Shown here: positions 19,618 through 28,138 of the stretch, in pieces | Layout of the letters: the number at the start of each line of letters is the position of its first letter | How positions within the stretch are numbered: position 1 is the stretch's first letter | Source of the DNA: Minisyncoccota bacterium | Lineage (GTDB): Bacteria; Patescibacteriota; Minisyncoccia; UBA6257; GWB1-50-10 | Direction of reading: 5' to 3' | Assembly (NCBI GenBank): GCA_020059915.1 | Contig: JAGVBB010000003.1 | Span: 233,625-297,624, forward strand | Length of the DNA stretch: 64,000 nt | Translations under genes and position numbers: made by a program | Notes under the pieces: generated by a model | Database searches by the model: none | Told to the model about the DNA's origin: nothing | What the model saw: only the letters and a program-made list of their open reading frames with translations

Positions 19618-21294
19618 CTATTTTACCAAGTTCATCTTCCTTGAAAGCTGTCCGAATTTGGTCTGGATCATATAAATATATGTTCCAGATGAGATCCCTT
19701 CTCCATCAAAACGTATGGAGTGAACACCGCCGGAAAACTCTTGGTTTGTCAGCTGTTTTACTTCCCTACCAAGAATATCAAATATTGATATTCTTACCAA
19801 AGAATTTGCTGGTAAGGAGAACTGAATCAATGTACTTGGATTAAACGGATTTGGATAATTCTGCGCAAGTGAAAAATCACTTGGTACTTGATTATCCTCA
19901 ACTCCAGTAACTCCTACTGTCATAAAGTTTACAACCGAAGTATATTCAGAATAATTTGCTCCACTTTTACCACGCATTTTTAGATAATATGTGGTAGAAG
20001 GTGAAAGATTTGGAAGCGCATAAGGACTTGTTGAAATAATATATGTGTGTACATCGGCAGTAAATTCCGAGTTTTTTGCAATCATAATTTCATATTCCGA
20101 TGCGTTCCCAGTAAATGAGAGTACTGTTTGAATCGGATTGCCAGTACTATTATTCCCCGGTGTTCCTATAATTGGAACACTCAAAGTAACTTGTACTTTA
20201 ACTTTAAAGATATAAGTTTCACTCCAATCACTTTGAGGATTTTTAAATCTCCCGCGTAATTGGTAGTCCCCATCGGCTAATCCAGAAAATGTGTATGGTG
20301 ATATATTTGCAGATGGATTCTGCAGAACAGTTCCACTCATATTCATAAGCTGAAATTCAACCTCGCCACCAACCCAATTCAACGTAATTGAATTATCTGA
20401 TTCGCTCCTGCTATTAACAGTAAATATAGGAACTGATACAACCTGAGATGCGGTAGTAAAACTAAATGTTTCAGACCAATTATCACTCGACGTATCGTTG
20501 TTCCAACATCTTACTCTCCAGTCGTACTGCGTATTGTATGACAATGGCGCAGTAAGCGTTACAGAGGTGCTGGCGTTTTTTTGATCATAAATAATTGAAC
20601 CGTCCAATTTTTTCATAATCTGAAGCTGGTACAGAGTTGTGTTTGTAACACTCCCATAATCAAACCTCGGAGTAACACTCACATTTGTTGCACTATTTAT
20701 CGGTGCTGTAAGCGTTGAAACTCCTGGTTTCACTATTGTGCCACCACCATTACCATTACAGTTATCAATAAGCGTTTCTGTCACTCCATCAACAAGATAG
20801 ACCCCGTCAATGAATAAATTCCGTAACCCTGATTCATTTTGAACATATGAAAGATTTAGACGAATTTTATTAAAACTACCGTCTATTTCAGGAAATCTAA
20901 AACTCTTTCGATGAAATGCCAGACTTGAGCCGGTATTCTTTGATTCAACTTCAAGCGCAGAATTCATTACAACGTTATCACCATTCAATAATGTTACAGA
21001 AATTTGGACATCACCTAACGGATCGGGAATCATTATATTTGCAGATATCTTCGATCCTTTTGGAAACGTGACACTCTGTGATAATGCGACTTCCCATTTT
21101 GTATATCTATTTCCTGTCGCAACTGAGGTATTCATCCAAAACTTGAATGATTTTCCCTCCTGAGCGGTATCACTCAGTGCAACACCTTTGTCGGATAGAT
21201 TTTCATATCCGGTAAGCGTTGGTAGCGGTGACTGAGCAAAATTAAGAGTAGTGAATACTACAAAAAGTACTGCGAAAAGAACTATTCTTTTCAT
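19618..21294 (-). CDS. Secreted FN3/Ig-like protein with T9SS type A C-terminal sorting domain
   Basis: Signal peptide; C-terminal VTGVED..VPSDFSLAQNYPNPFNPST.I.FSLP...IFDILGREV...SSGTYIY....RKMNLVK. Confidence 0.9.
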   Translation of the reverse strand: MKRIVLFAVLFVVFTTLNFAQSPLPTLTGYENLSDKGVALSDTAQEGKSFKFWMNTSVATGNRYTKWEVALSQSVTFPKGSKISANIMIPDPLGDVQISVTLLNGDNVVMNSALEVESKNTGSSLAFHRKSFRFPEIDGSFNKIRLNLSYVQNESGLRNLFIDGVYLVDGVTETLIDNCNGNGGGTIVKPGVSTLTAPINSATNVSVTPRFDYGSVTNTTLYQLQIMKKLDGSIIYDQKNASTSVTLTAPLSYNTQYDWRVRCWNNDTSSDNWSETFSFTTASQVVSVPIFTVNSRSESDNSITLNWVGGEVEFQLMNMSGTVLQNPSANISPYTFSGLADGDYQLRGRFKNPQSDWSETYIFKVKVQVTLSVPIIGTPGNNSTGNPIQTVLSFTGNASEYEIMIAKNSEFTADVHTYIISTSPYALPNLSPSTTYYLKMRGKSGANYSEYTSVVNFMTVGVTGVEDNQVPSDFSLAQNYPNPFNPSTLIQFSLPANSLVRISIFDILGREVKQLTNQEFSGGVHSIRFDGEGISSGTYIYMIQTKFGQLSRKMNLVK

Positions 21295-21332
21295 GATTTT
21301 CTCCTTTTATTTAAGTTATTAAAGATAGTTAG

Positions 21333-21361
21333 ATTGTACCGTAAAAACATAGAAAAGTCAA
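21333..21361 (-). promoter_or_regulatory. Sigma-70 promoter TTGACT-N17-TACAAT
   Basis: Upstream of 21294; AAGGAG SD at 21301-21306. Confidence 0.7.
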
Positions 21362-21393
21362 TCCCTATGCCTTTTATTATAGAATAGCCGGGA

Positions 21394-21422
21394 TTGACAA
21401 AACATTAAATATATAATACAAT
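21394..21422 (+). promoter_or_regulatory. Sigma-70 promoter TTGACA-N17-TACAAT
   Basis: Upstream of 21458, followed by AGGAG SD. Confidence 0.7.
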
Positions 21423-21457
21423 GTTTTTATCTTTAAATAATTTAATAGGAGAAAGAA

Positions 21458-21835
21458 ATGAATAGGATCGTCACCATTGTCATTGGAGTTCTTGTACTTT
21501 TAGGAATTTTTGCAGCCGCAATATATTTTCTTGATTCCCCCACTACTAAGGTTGAACCAAAAAATAAGGTTGAGACTGTTAAAAAAGTAAGCCCATCAAT
21601 TAGAAAACAGCTTGATAATCACGAAAAAGAAATACAAGCTGGCAAAAAAAAGGATAAAGAACAAGATTTTCGATTAAACAAACACGCAGAAGCAATAAGC
21701 GATCTCGAACAGCGCCTCAACGAACTAAAAACCGATTCATCTTCTACACGTTCTGATTCTTCTTCTGAAAAAAAGAGTAAAATTCGGAAATATACCAAGG
21801 GCTGGGACTTTAAAGACTTCCCAGAAAACTGGTAA
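21458..21835 (+). CDS. Hypothetical single-TM coiled-coil protein
   Basis: N-terminal TM, heptad-rich middle, own promoter and SD. Confidence 0.7.
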   Translation: MNRIVTIVIGVLVLLGIFAAAIYFLDSPTTKVEPKNKVETVKKVSPSIRKQLDNHEKEIQAGKKKDKEQDFRLNKHAEAISDLEQRLNELKTDSSSTRSDSSSEKKSKIRKYTKGWDFKDFPENW

Positions 21836-21848
21836 AAATGTTATTCAG

Positions 21849-21869
21849 ATTCCCCGCTCCGCGGGGAAT
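21849..21869. terminator. Hairpin ATTCCCCGC-TCC-GCGGGGAAT (REP-like)
   Basis: Perfect 9-bp stem after 21835; similar to the 11402 palindrome. Confidence 0.55.
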
Positions 21870-21878
21870 TATTTTAAC

Positions 21879-21906
21879 TTGACTTTTCTATATATTTGTG
21901 TATAAT
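21879..21906 (+). promoter_or_regulatory. Promoter TTGACT-N16-TATAAT
   Basis: Upstream of 21936; shares TTGACTTTTCTAT with the 21361 promoter. Confidence 0.6.
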
Positions 21907-21935
21907 ATTTACATCATTAACAAAGGAGAATACTA

Positions 21936-22598
21936 ATGAAAACTATAAAGGTTTTCGTACTTTTGCTTATATTTACCGCTCCCATTCTGGCACAGGTTGC
22001 CGTGATGGCAGATGTTTCTGGTACTCCATTTTCAAATACTCCTGAAAAGTTTTCTACGTGGAAACTTCAGGTTCGCGTGGGAGTCACAGAAGATTTATCA
22101 CTTACCGGGATGTTCCGCTCCTCACGGAGCAGAACAGTGAGCGTCCCAATCTCTAACGCAAGTCCGTCTGATGCGGGACTAGTCGGTATTTATTATCGGC
22201 TAAATCCGTTTTTCCGAGTTGGTGTTTCTGGGGGACTTCAGACAAGACAGGATGTTGATAAAAAAGATCTTGGTTGGATAATTGGAGGAGATTTATTTTT
22301 AGGTATGGTTTCTACCAAAAACTATTATTTAAAAAAACAAGTTTTTGGATACGTCCACATTGAAAAAGGTCAGTGGGATACAAAGCCCTATATTGATGCT
22401 CGCGCAATGTTTCCTATTATGGATCTTGTCGCCGTTGGTGGAAAATATGAATCAGACCTCGGGTCCGGCCCACATTTGGAGATTAAAATTCCTCTCGCAG
22501 ATCAAGAAGAAATGAAAGCTATATATGTATATGGCACATACTTCTTCAGTGGAGAAATAAAAACTCCCGTCATAGGAGTCCGAATTGCGGTTAATTAG
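21936..22598 (+). CDS. Secreted protein resembling a small outer-membrane beta-barrel
   Basis: Signal peptide; alternating amphipathic strands (GLVGIYYRL, FRVGVSGG, VAVGGKYE, PVIGVRIAV); AAGGAG SD. Confidence 0.6.
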   Translation: MKTIKVFVLLLIFTAPILAQVAVMADVSGTPFSNTPEKFSTWKLQVRVGVTEDLSLTGMFRSSRSRTVSVPISNASPSDAGLVGIYYRLNPFFRVGVSGGLQTRQDVDKKDLGWIIGGDLFLGMVSTKNYYLKKQVFGYVHIEKGQWDTKPYIDARAMFPIMDLVAVGGKYESDLGSGPHLEIKIPLADQEEMKAIYVYGTYFFSGEIKTPVIGVRIAVN

Positions 22599-22636
22599 AT
22601 ATTCTGCCCCCATATGGGGGCTTTTTATTACGTAAA

Positions 22637-24709
22637 TTATTTATCAGAAAAATGTTTTCGTGCTTTTTCTTTTTCCTCTTTATTCTTTTTTGTTGTTTGT
22701 TGTTTGTAGTTGGTGGTAAGTTGTTTTATCTCATCTCGCAGTAATGTTGCCAACTCAAAATTCAATTCTTCCGCTGCCTCTTTCATTTCGCGCTCTTTTT
22801 CTTTCAATAGCTGTTCTATCCCCTTCTTTGTCTTTGGAGCACCACGCAATTCAATCTCTGCAATTTTTTCTGTCGGCAAAATATCTTTTATCTCCTTAAT
22901 AATTGTCCTTGGAGTGACATTATTTTTTTTGTTATATGCTAACTGAATCTTTCTTCTTCTCTCAGTCTCACGAATTGCGCGCTCCAATGATCCAGTAACT
23001 TGATCTGCATACATAATAACCTCACCACGAATATTTCTTGCTGCACGCCCTATTGTTTGAATGAGTGAGGTCTCGCTTCTCAAAAACCCTTCTTTGTCTG
23101 CATCCAAAATTGCAACCAGTTCAACTTCAGGAAGATCAAGCCCTTCTCGAAGAAGGTTTACCCCAACCAAAACATCAATGGTACCTCGTCGTAAGTCAGT
23201 AAGAATCTTTATTCTATCAAGTGTTTTAACATCACTATGAAGGTATGAGACTTTCATCTGCTTTTCCTCCAAGAAATGTGAAAGATCTTCTGCCATACGT
23301 TTGGTAAGTGTTGTTATCAATACACGAGGTTTTATCCCATCGTCATTAGGTTGTCTTTTTTCTATATGACTGATGAGGTCCTGAACCTGCCCACGAGCAG
23401 AACGAATAGTGACCTTTGGGTCTACAAGCCCTGTTGGACGAATAATCTGTTCAACAATCTGCCCCTCTTTCCTAGATTTTTTTCTTTCAAATTCTGCAGG
23501 TGTTGCGGAAACATAAATTGTCTTATCTGTGCGCTGTTCAAATTCCTTAAAATTAAGTGGTCTGTTATCCGCCGCAGATGGGAGACGAAAACCAAACTCA
23601 ATTAATGTTTTTTTGCGAGCGGCATCTCCTGCGTACATCCCTGCTATTTGTGGTACGGTCACGTGCGATTCATCTATTATCGTGATAAAATCTGCCTTTC
23701 CTTTTTTGTCTTTAGGAAAATAATCAAGCAATGTGTCTGGTGGTTCCCCTGATGCACGACCGGAAAGGTGTCGGGAATAGTTTTCTATGCCGTTGCAATA
23801 CCCTATTTCATCAATCATCGCACAATCAAATTTTGTTCTTCGTTCCAATCGTTCTGCTTCCAGTAATTTTCCTTCACGCTCAAATTTTGCAAGTTGTTCC
23901 TTTAATTCTTTCTTTATTTCCTTGATTGCTTTTTTCCTTGTATCCGTTTTTGTAATAAAATGTTTTGCTGGAGGAATAAACACCGCCTTAAGTTCTGGAG
24001 TCTCGCCACGAACAAATCCCTGAACAGGATTTATCTCATAAATTTTCTGAATAATTCCATCATGTATTTCAAATGAATAAATAACCTCCCTATCAGTGGG
24101 CATAATTTCCCATTGATCTCCCCGTACACGGAATGTTCCACGTTTTAAATCGGACGTTGTCCGAGAAAACTGTAATTCCACTAATTGTTTTATCAGCTGA
24201 GTCCTATTTACCGCCCCCCCTTCTTCAAAATGAAAAATATGTTCCTTATATACTTCTGGGGTTCCCAATCCATAAATACAAGATACTGAGGCAACAACAA
24301 TGACATCACGCCGAGTAAGCAGTGCAGTTGTTGCCGCATGACGAAGTTTGTCAATTTCTTCGTTAATCATCGCTTCCTTATCAATATAGGTATCCGATGT
24401 TGGAATATATGCTTCTGGTTGGTAATAGTCATAATAAGAAACAAAATAATGAACCGCGTTATGGGGAAATAATTCTCGAAGCTCATTACATAGCTGTGCG
24501 GCAAGGGTTTTATTGTGTGCAATGACAAGTGCGGGAGTATCAAGCTCCGCAATAACATGCGCAACAGTAAATGTTTTTCCCGATCCGGTAACGCCAAGCA
24601 GTGTCTGTGATTTCATCCCTTTTTTGAAACCAGAAACAAGCGATGTAATCGCCTGTGGCTGGTCCCCCGCGGGCTTGTTATTACTAACTAATTGAAACAG
24701 TTTTGGCAT
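22637..24709 (-). CDS. uvrB: Excinuclease ABC subunit B
   Basis: PAGDQP, LGVTGSGKTF, YFVSYYDYYQPEAY, DESH, NLLREGLDLPEV, GRAARN, C-terminal UVR. Confidence 0.98.
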   Translation of the reverse strand: MPKLFQLVSNNKPAGDQPQAITSLVSGFKKGMKSQTLLGVTGSGKTFTVAHVIAELDTPALVIAHNKTLAAQLCNELRELFPHNAVHYFVSYYDYYQPEAYIPTSDTYIDKEAMINEEIDKLRHAATTALLTRRDVIVVASVSCIYGLGTPEVYKEHIFHFEEGGAVNRTQLIKQLVELQFSRTTSDLKRGTFRVRGDQWEIMPTDREVIYSFEIHDGIIQKIYEINPVQGFVRGETPELKAVFIPPAKHFITKTDTRKKAIKEIKKELKEQLAKFEREGKLLEAERLERRTKFDCAMIDEIGYCNGIENYSRHLSGRASGEPPDTLLDYFPKDKKGKADFITIIDESHVTVPQIAGMYAGDAARKKTLIEFGFRLPSAADNRPLNFKEFEQRTDKTIYVSATPAEFERKKSRKEGQIVEQIIRPTGLVDPKVTIRSARGQVQDLISHIEKRQPNDDGIKPRVLITTLTKRMAEDLSHFLEEKQMKVSYLHSDVKTLDRIKILTDLRRGTIDVLVGVNLLREGLDLPEVELVAILDADKEGFLRSETSLIQTIGRAARNIRGEVIMYADQVTGSLERAIRETERRRKIQLAYNKKNNVTPRTIIKEIKDILPTEKIAEIELRGAPKTKKGIEQLLKEKEREMKEAAEELNFELATLLRDEIKQLTTNYKQQTTKKNKEEKEKARKHFSDK

Positions 24710-24760
24710 GGATAATTAAGAACCATCAGTTACTACCTATACCCTAGATTGAATTTCAGA

Positions 24761-25192
24761 TCAGAAGGTAATTGGAATACTAACCGATGCATCATGTTCA
24801 GGCAAACCAGATGGATTATCTTTTTTGAAAATAAGTAACCCCCCTTCCCCACTCTTCTGTTTTGGAAATATAAGTTCAGAAGAAAACGGAACATATTGTT
24901 CGGTCATCCATTCCCCTCCCGCTTGTGCAATTCCCGATGCAATGATATCTCCGTGTTTATTTTCCAAAATAATTGGAAACGACGCCTCAAAAAACCAATA
25001 TCCTTTTGCTTTCCCACGGACCACCATCGGACTCTGAATGCGCGAATTCATTTGGGGAGATTCAACAATAACTTCCGAAAATTCTTCTTGGTAGGGCATA
25101 TTGGTTCTATATTCTATAAGTTTGAAGATACCAAAAACACAAATGCCAGCACATATACCATAAATTACATATAGTATTATTTTTTTCATCAA
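24761..25192 (-). CDS. Gmad2 immunoglobulin-like domain protein
   Basis: N-terminal TM; SP..V.G.A.G.WFFEASFP, WMT...VPF, DNPSGLPE. Confidence 0.85.
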   Translation of the reverse strand: MMKKIILYVIYGICAGICVFGIFKLIEYRTNMPYQEEFSEVIVESPQMNSRIQSPMVVRGKAKGYWFFEASFPIILENKHGDIIASGIAQAGGEWMTEQYVPFSSELIFPKQKSGEGGLLIFKKDNPSGLPEHDASVSIPITF

Positions 25193-25410
25193 TTTGGAAT
25201 TTCAAAGATTTTCTCTTTTGATCTGTGTCCAGAAAGCAATTCAATTTCTGATTTGCTTATATGGAAATGGGAAGCAAGCAATGCTATTACATCATTATTT
25301 GCCTTTCCCTCTTTTGCTGGTTTTGTTGTTTTTATTCTAAAACAACGCTCACCGAGTACAACCACTTCACTCTTTTTTGCCTGAGCATCCACACGAACAA
25401 GTATTTTCAT
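25189..25410 (-). CDS. DUF167 (YggU-like) protein
   Basis: PAKEGKAN..VI.LLA.HF...KS.I.L.SG..S..K. Confidence 0.88.
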   Translation of the reverse strand: MKILVRVDAQAKKSEVVVLGERCFRIKTTKPAKEGKANNDVIALLASHFHISKSEIELLSGHRSKEKIFEIPN

Positions 25411-26357
25411 TAGAAAACCGGCTTTATGCCAACGTTGTTCTGTTTGAAGAAATCTTTATCAATAGTTCTGTCAAAACAAACCTGCCCCCTGTCATGCTTC
25501 CACGAAGTGTTTCCACGAAATCCACCGAGATAATAGTCGTCTCGCCCCCCGTCGGACGTTGTTGCAAATATTGCACACAATACAAATGTTTCGTTTCCCT
25601 TTGTGCCATATCCATATTCTTTATTTGTTTCCGGATCTTTTGGAATCAAGATTCCACGAAGATTATCGTTCAACTGCGAAAGATTCTCTGGTAATTCTCC
25701 TTTGTTCTGCCAATATTCAATAACAGAACTCTGAATCATGGAAAGATCGCTAACGCGTTGATCATCAATTTTTCTTTTTCGTGCCTCAAATGGAGAACCT
25801 GTTACAAAAATTCCTCCAACAATTGCAATAAGAACAAATATGGAAACAATATATCCAACATATCGTGTTATTTCTTTGGTGGTTTCCTTTATTTCATTTC
25901 GATAATACCAGAACACTAACAGGGCAACTATTAATACAGAAAATATTTTAAGGGTGAATTTAAGGGTAAGATCGCCATTTAAGAAGTTGTAGATTAAAGT
26001 AATAAAATCAGTTGCTATAACCAAGGCGGCAATAAACAGAGTAAAATGTAATAACCACTTACGGATTGATAATCGTTTGCGTGATTCATCAATTTTATAC
26101 TCTACAGCAAGTGTGCGTACCGTCCATAAAAACATTGGGAAAAACACAATAAGTGCAGCAATCGCCCCCCGCGCCGTTCCATTATATCGATATGAATTGT
26201 AATAATTCGCAATTGCATCAGGAATCAGAATATTTATCATTTGGAACAATAGCGTAAGTAATGCAATAACACTCCCATATAACGCGATAATGGATATAAG
26301 TTGCAAAAAAATGTCTTTCGGAGACGCTTTTGCTTGGATACTAGTTGAGTCACTCAT
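25410..26357 (-). CDS. DUF5671 domain membrane protein
   Basis: KDIFLQL, IRKWLLHFTLFIA, LIYNFL.G.LT..F.LK, GSP...R...D..RV.DL, DPET..Y.Y. Confidence 0.82.
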   Translation of the reverse strand: MSDSTSIQAKASPKDIFLQLISIIALYGSVIALLTLLFQMINILIPDAIANYYNSYRYNGTARGAIAALIVFFPMFLWTVRTLAVEYKIDESRKRLSIRKWLLHFTLFIAALVIATDFITLIYNFLNGDLTLKFTLKIFSVLIVALLVFWYYRNEIKETTKEITRYVGYIVSIFVLIAIVGGIFVTGSPFEARKRKIDDQRVSDLSMIQSSVIEYWQNKGELPENLSQLNDNLRGILIPKDPETNKEYGYGTKGNETFVLCAIFATTSDGGRDDYYLGGFRGNTSWKHDRGQVCFDRTIDKDFFKQNNVGIKPVF

Positions 26358-26379
26358 ATATATAGTATAGAGGATTCTC

Positions 26380-27063
26380 TTATACTTTCAAAACCACCAA
26401 ATTAAAAACATCTATGAAATAACTGCCAAATAGAAGCAGGAAAAGAACAGCCAAAAGAAACGGGGTGCCCAAAGTCGTGTACTGTTGTTTCAAAAAAATT
26501 AGGCGAACAAGAGAAACGATGATAACAGAAAGAAACACAAGGGGGACAAAAATAACAAACAACGGCCATCCGACAATAAGGGCAGACAAAAAACCCAACT
26601 CAACTTCACCCTCCTCAAAAAATCTTTCAGTCCTCTTTTTCAATAATTTGAGAAATATATAAAATATATATGCAACAAAAATGGAAATAATAACAGAAAG
26701 CCAAAATCTTCCCCAAGAATAAAAAAGGAAATATCCAAATTTATTAGTAAATAACCAACCAAAATATTTCATTCCATCAATGGGGAGATCTTTTGAAAGT
26801 GGCGCAGTAAGAAAATAACTCCCCATTCCTCCCTCATTCCATAAGGAATATTGTAAATACATTAATAATCCAGCATGCGCTATACGACCACCAATCGCAT
26901 ATATGATTAAGTTGCGAAACGATAACAATGATTCTCTTGCAATAAATTTTTTTCGCAAAAAATATCTAACACAAGCAAAAAGAAAAATAACCCAAAGTAC
27001 AATGGGTAATATGTATGCAGAAAGAAAAATTAAAAAGGAATGTAAAGATTCAAAATGTTCCAT
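26380..27063 (-). CDS. Multi-pass membrane protein; C-terminus resembles prepilin peptidase (A24)
   Basis: Multiple TMs; EEGEVELGFLSALIVGWP and LGTPFLLA; start uncertain (27063 ATG or 27081 GTG). Confidence 0.65.
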   Translation of the reverse strand: MEHFESLHSFLIFLSAYILPIVLWVIFLFACVRYFLRKKFIARESLLSFRNLIIYAIGGRIAHAGLLMYLQYSLWNEGGMGSYFLTAPLSKDLPIDGMKYFGWLFTNKFGYFLFYSWGRFWLSVIISIFVAYIFYIFLKLLKKRTERFFEEGEVELGFLSALIVGWPLFVIFVPLVFLSVIIVSLVRLIFLKQQYTTLGTPFLLAVLFLLLFGSYFIDVFNLVVLKV

Positions 27064-27084
27064 GGTGACCAGTGTCCACACATC

Positions 27085-28086
27085 CTAAACAGTGTTAATG
27101 GGAGATTTTGACAAGAATGCGGTAATATTACGTATTGTCGTTTGTAGTATCCTCCCCAAAGCTTCCTGTGTATTGAATGCCGTATGTGGAGTAATAAATA
27201 CATTTGGCATATTCATTAATCGATGATTCGCAAGTATTAATTTTAAATCTTCTGCTTTTGCTCCCTTTTTACTAAAGAACTGCATCTCGTCTTTTGTCTG
27301 CTCTTCGTCTTCCAAAACATCAAGTGCGGCCGCCGCAATTCTCCCATCAAGCAACGCCTCAATAAGGGCAAATGTTTCAATAATCCCCCCTCGTGCAGTA
27401 TTTATTAAGTACGCTCCCTTTTTCAGAAAACGCATCGATTCTTTGTTTAACAAGTGCTTGGTTGAATCATTGAGAGAACAATGAATTGTCACTATATCCG
27501 CAATTTTCAATCCTTCTTCAAGTGAAACATAGGAAAATCCAAGTTTTGTAGCAAGTTCCGGCTTTGGTTTTGGATCATACGCAATGACGTTCATATCAAA
27601 CCCCTTTGCAATTGTTATTGCATGGGTTCCTATCCTTCCCGTTCCGATAACTAATATCGTTTTTCCACCAATATCTATTCCTCGCAATCGTTTATATGAC
27701 AATGATTCTGTTTCTTTCACCTGATCAATCGCATCAAAAATCTTTCTTGTCATGGTGAGTAACAACCCAAAAGCAAACTCAGCAACAGTATTGTCTCCAT
27801 ATCCTGGAACATTAGAAACTACTATTCCCCGTTTTTTACATGCTTCTAGATCAATATGATCATATCCTGTTGAACGGGTTGCGATAAATTTTAAATTGGG
27901 AAAATAAGAAAGTGTTTTTTCGTTAATTACTGAATCAACAAAAATACAAATAGCATCAAAATCTGCTTGTGCAGGAATTTTTCCCTCCTCAATTTTATCA
28001 TTAGAAAATCTACACTCCGGACCAACAATTGTTTCTCGAATAACCTTCTCTTCCCATCCTTCGAGTTCAAAGAAACCAATTTTCAT
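27085..28086 (-). CDS. D-isomer-specific 2-hydroxyacid dehydrogenase (D-lactate dehydrogenase-like)
   Basis: ATRSTGYDHID, VAEFAF, GTGRIG, INTARG, LDVLE.E, TPH.AFNT; start moved to ATG 28086. Confidence 0.92.
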   Translation of the reverse strand: MKIGFFELEGWEEKVIRETIVGPECRFSNDKIEEGKIPAQADFDAICIFVDSVINEKTLSYFPNLKFIATRSTGYDHIDLEACKKRGIVVSNVPGYGDNTVAEFAFGLLLTMTRKIFDAIDQVKETESLSYKRLRGIDIGGKTILVIGTGRIGTHAITIAKGFDMNVIAYDPKPKPELATKLGFSYVSLEEGLKIADIVTIHCSLNDSTKHLLNKESMRFLKKGAYLINTARGGIIETFALIEALLDGRIAAAALDVLEDEEQTKDEMQFFSKKGAKAEDLKLILANHRLMNMPNVFITPHTAFNTQEALGRILQTTIRNITAFLSKSPINTV

Positions 28087-28138
28087 ATATTCATTGTACC
28101 ATAAAAATACCCCCACTTATCAGCAGGGGTATTTTTAT

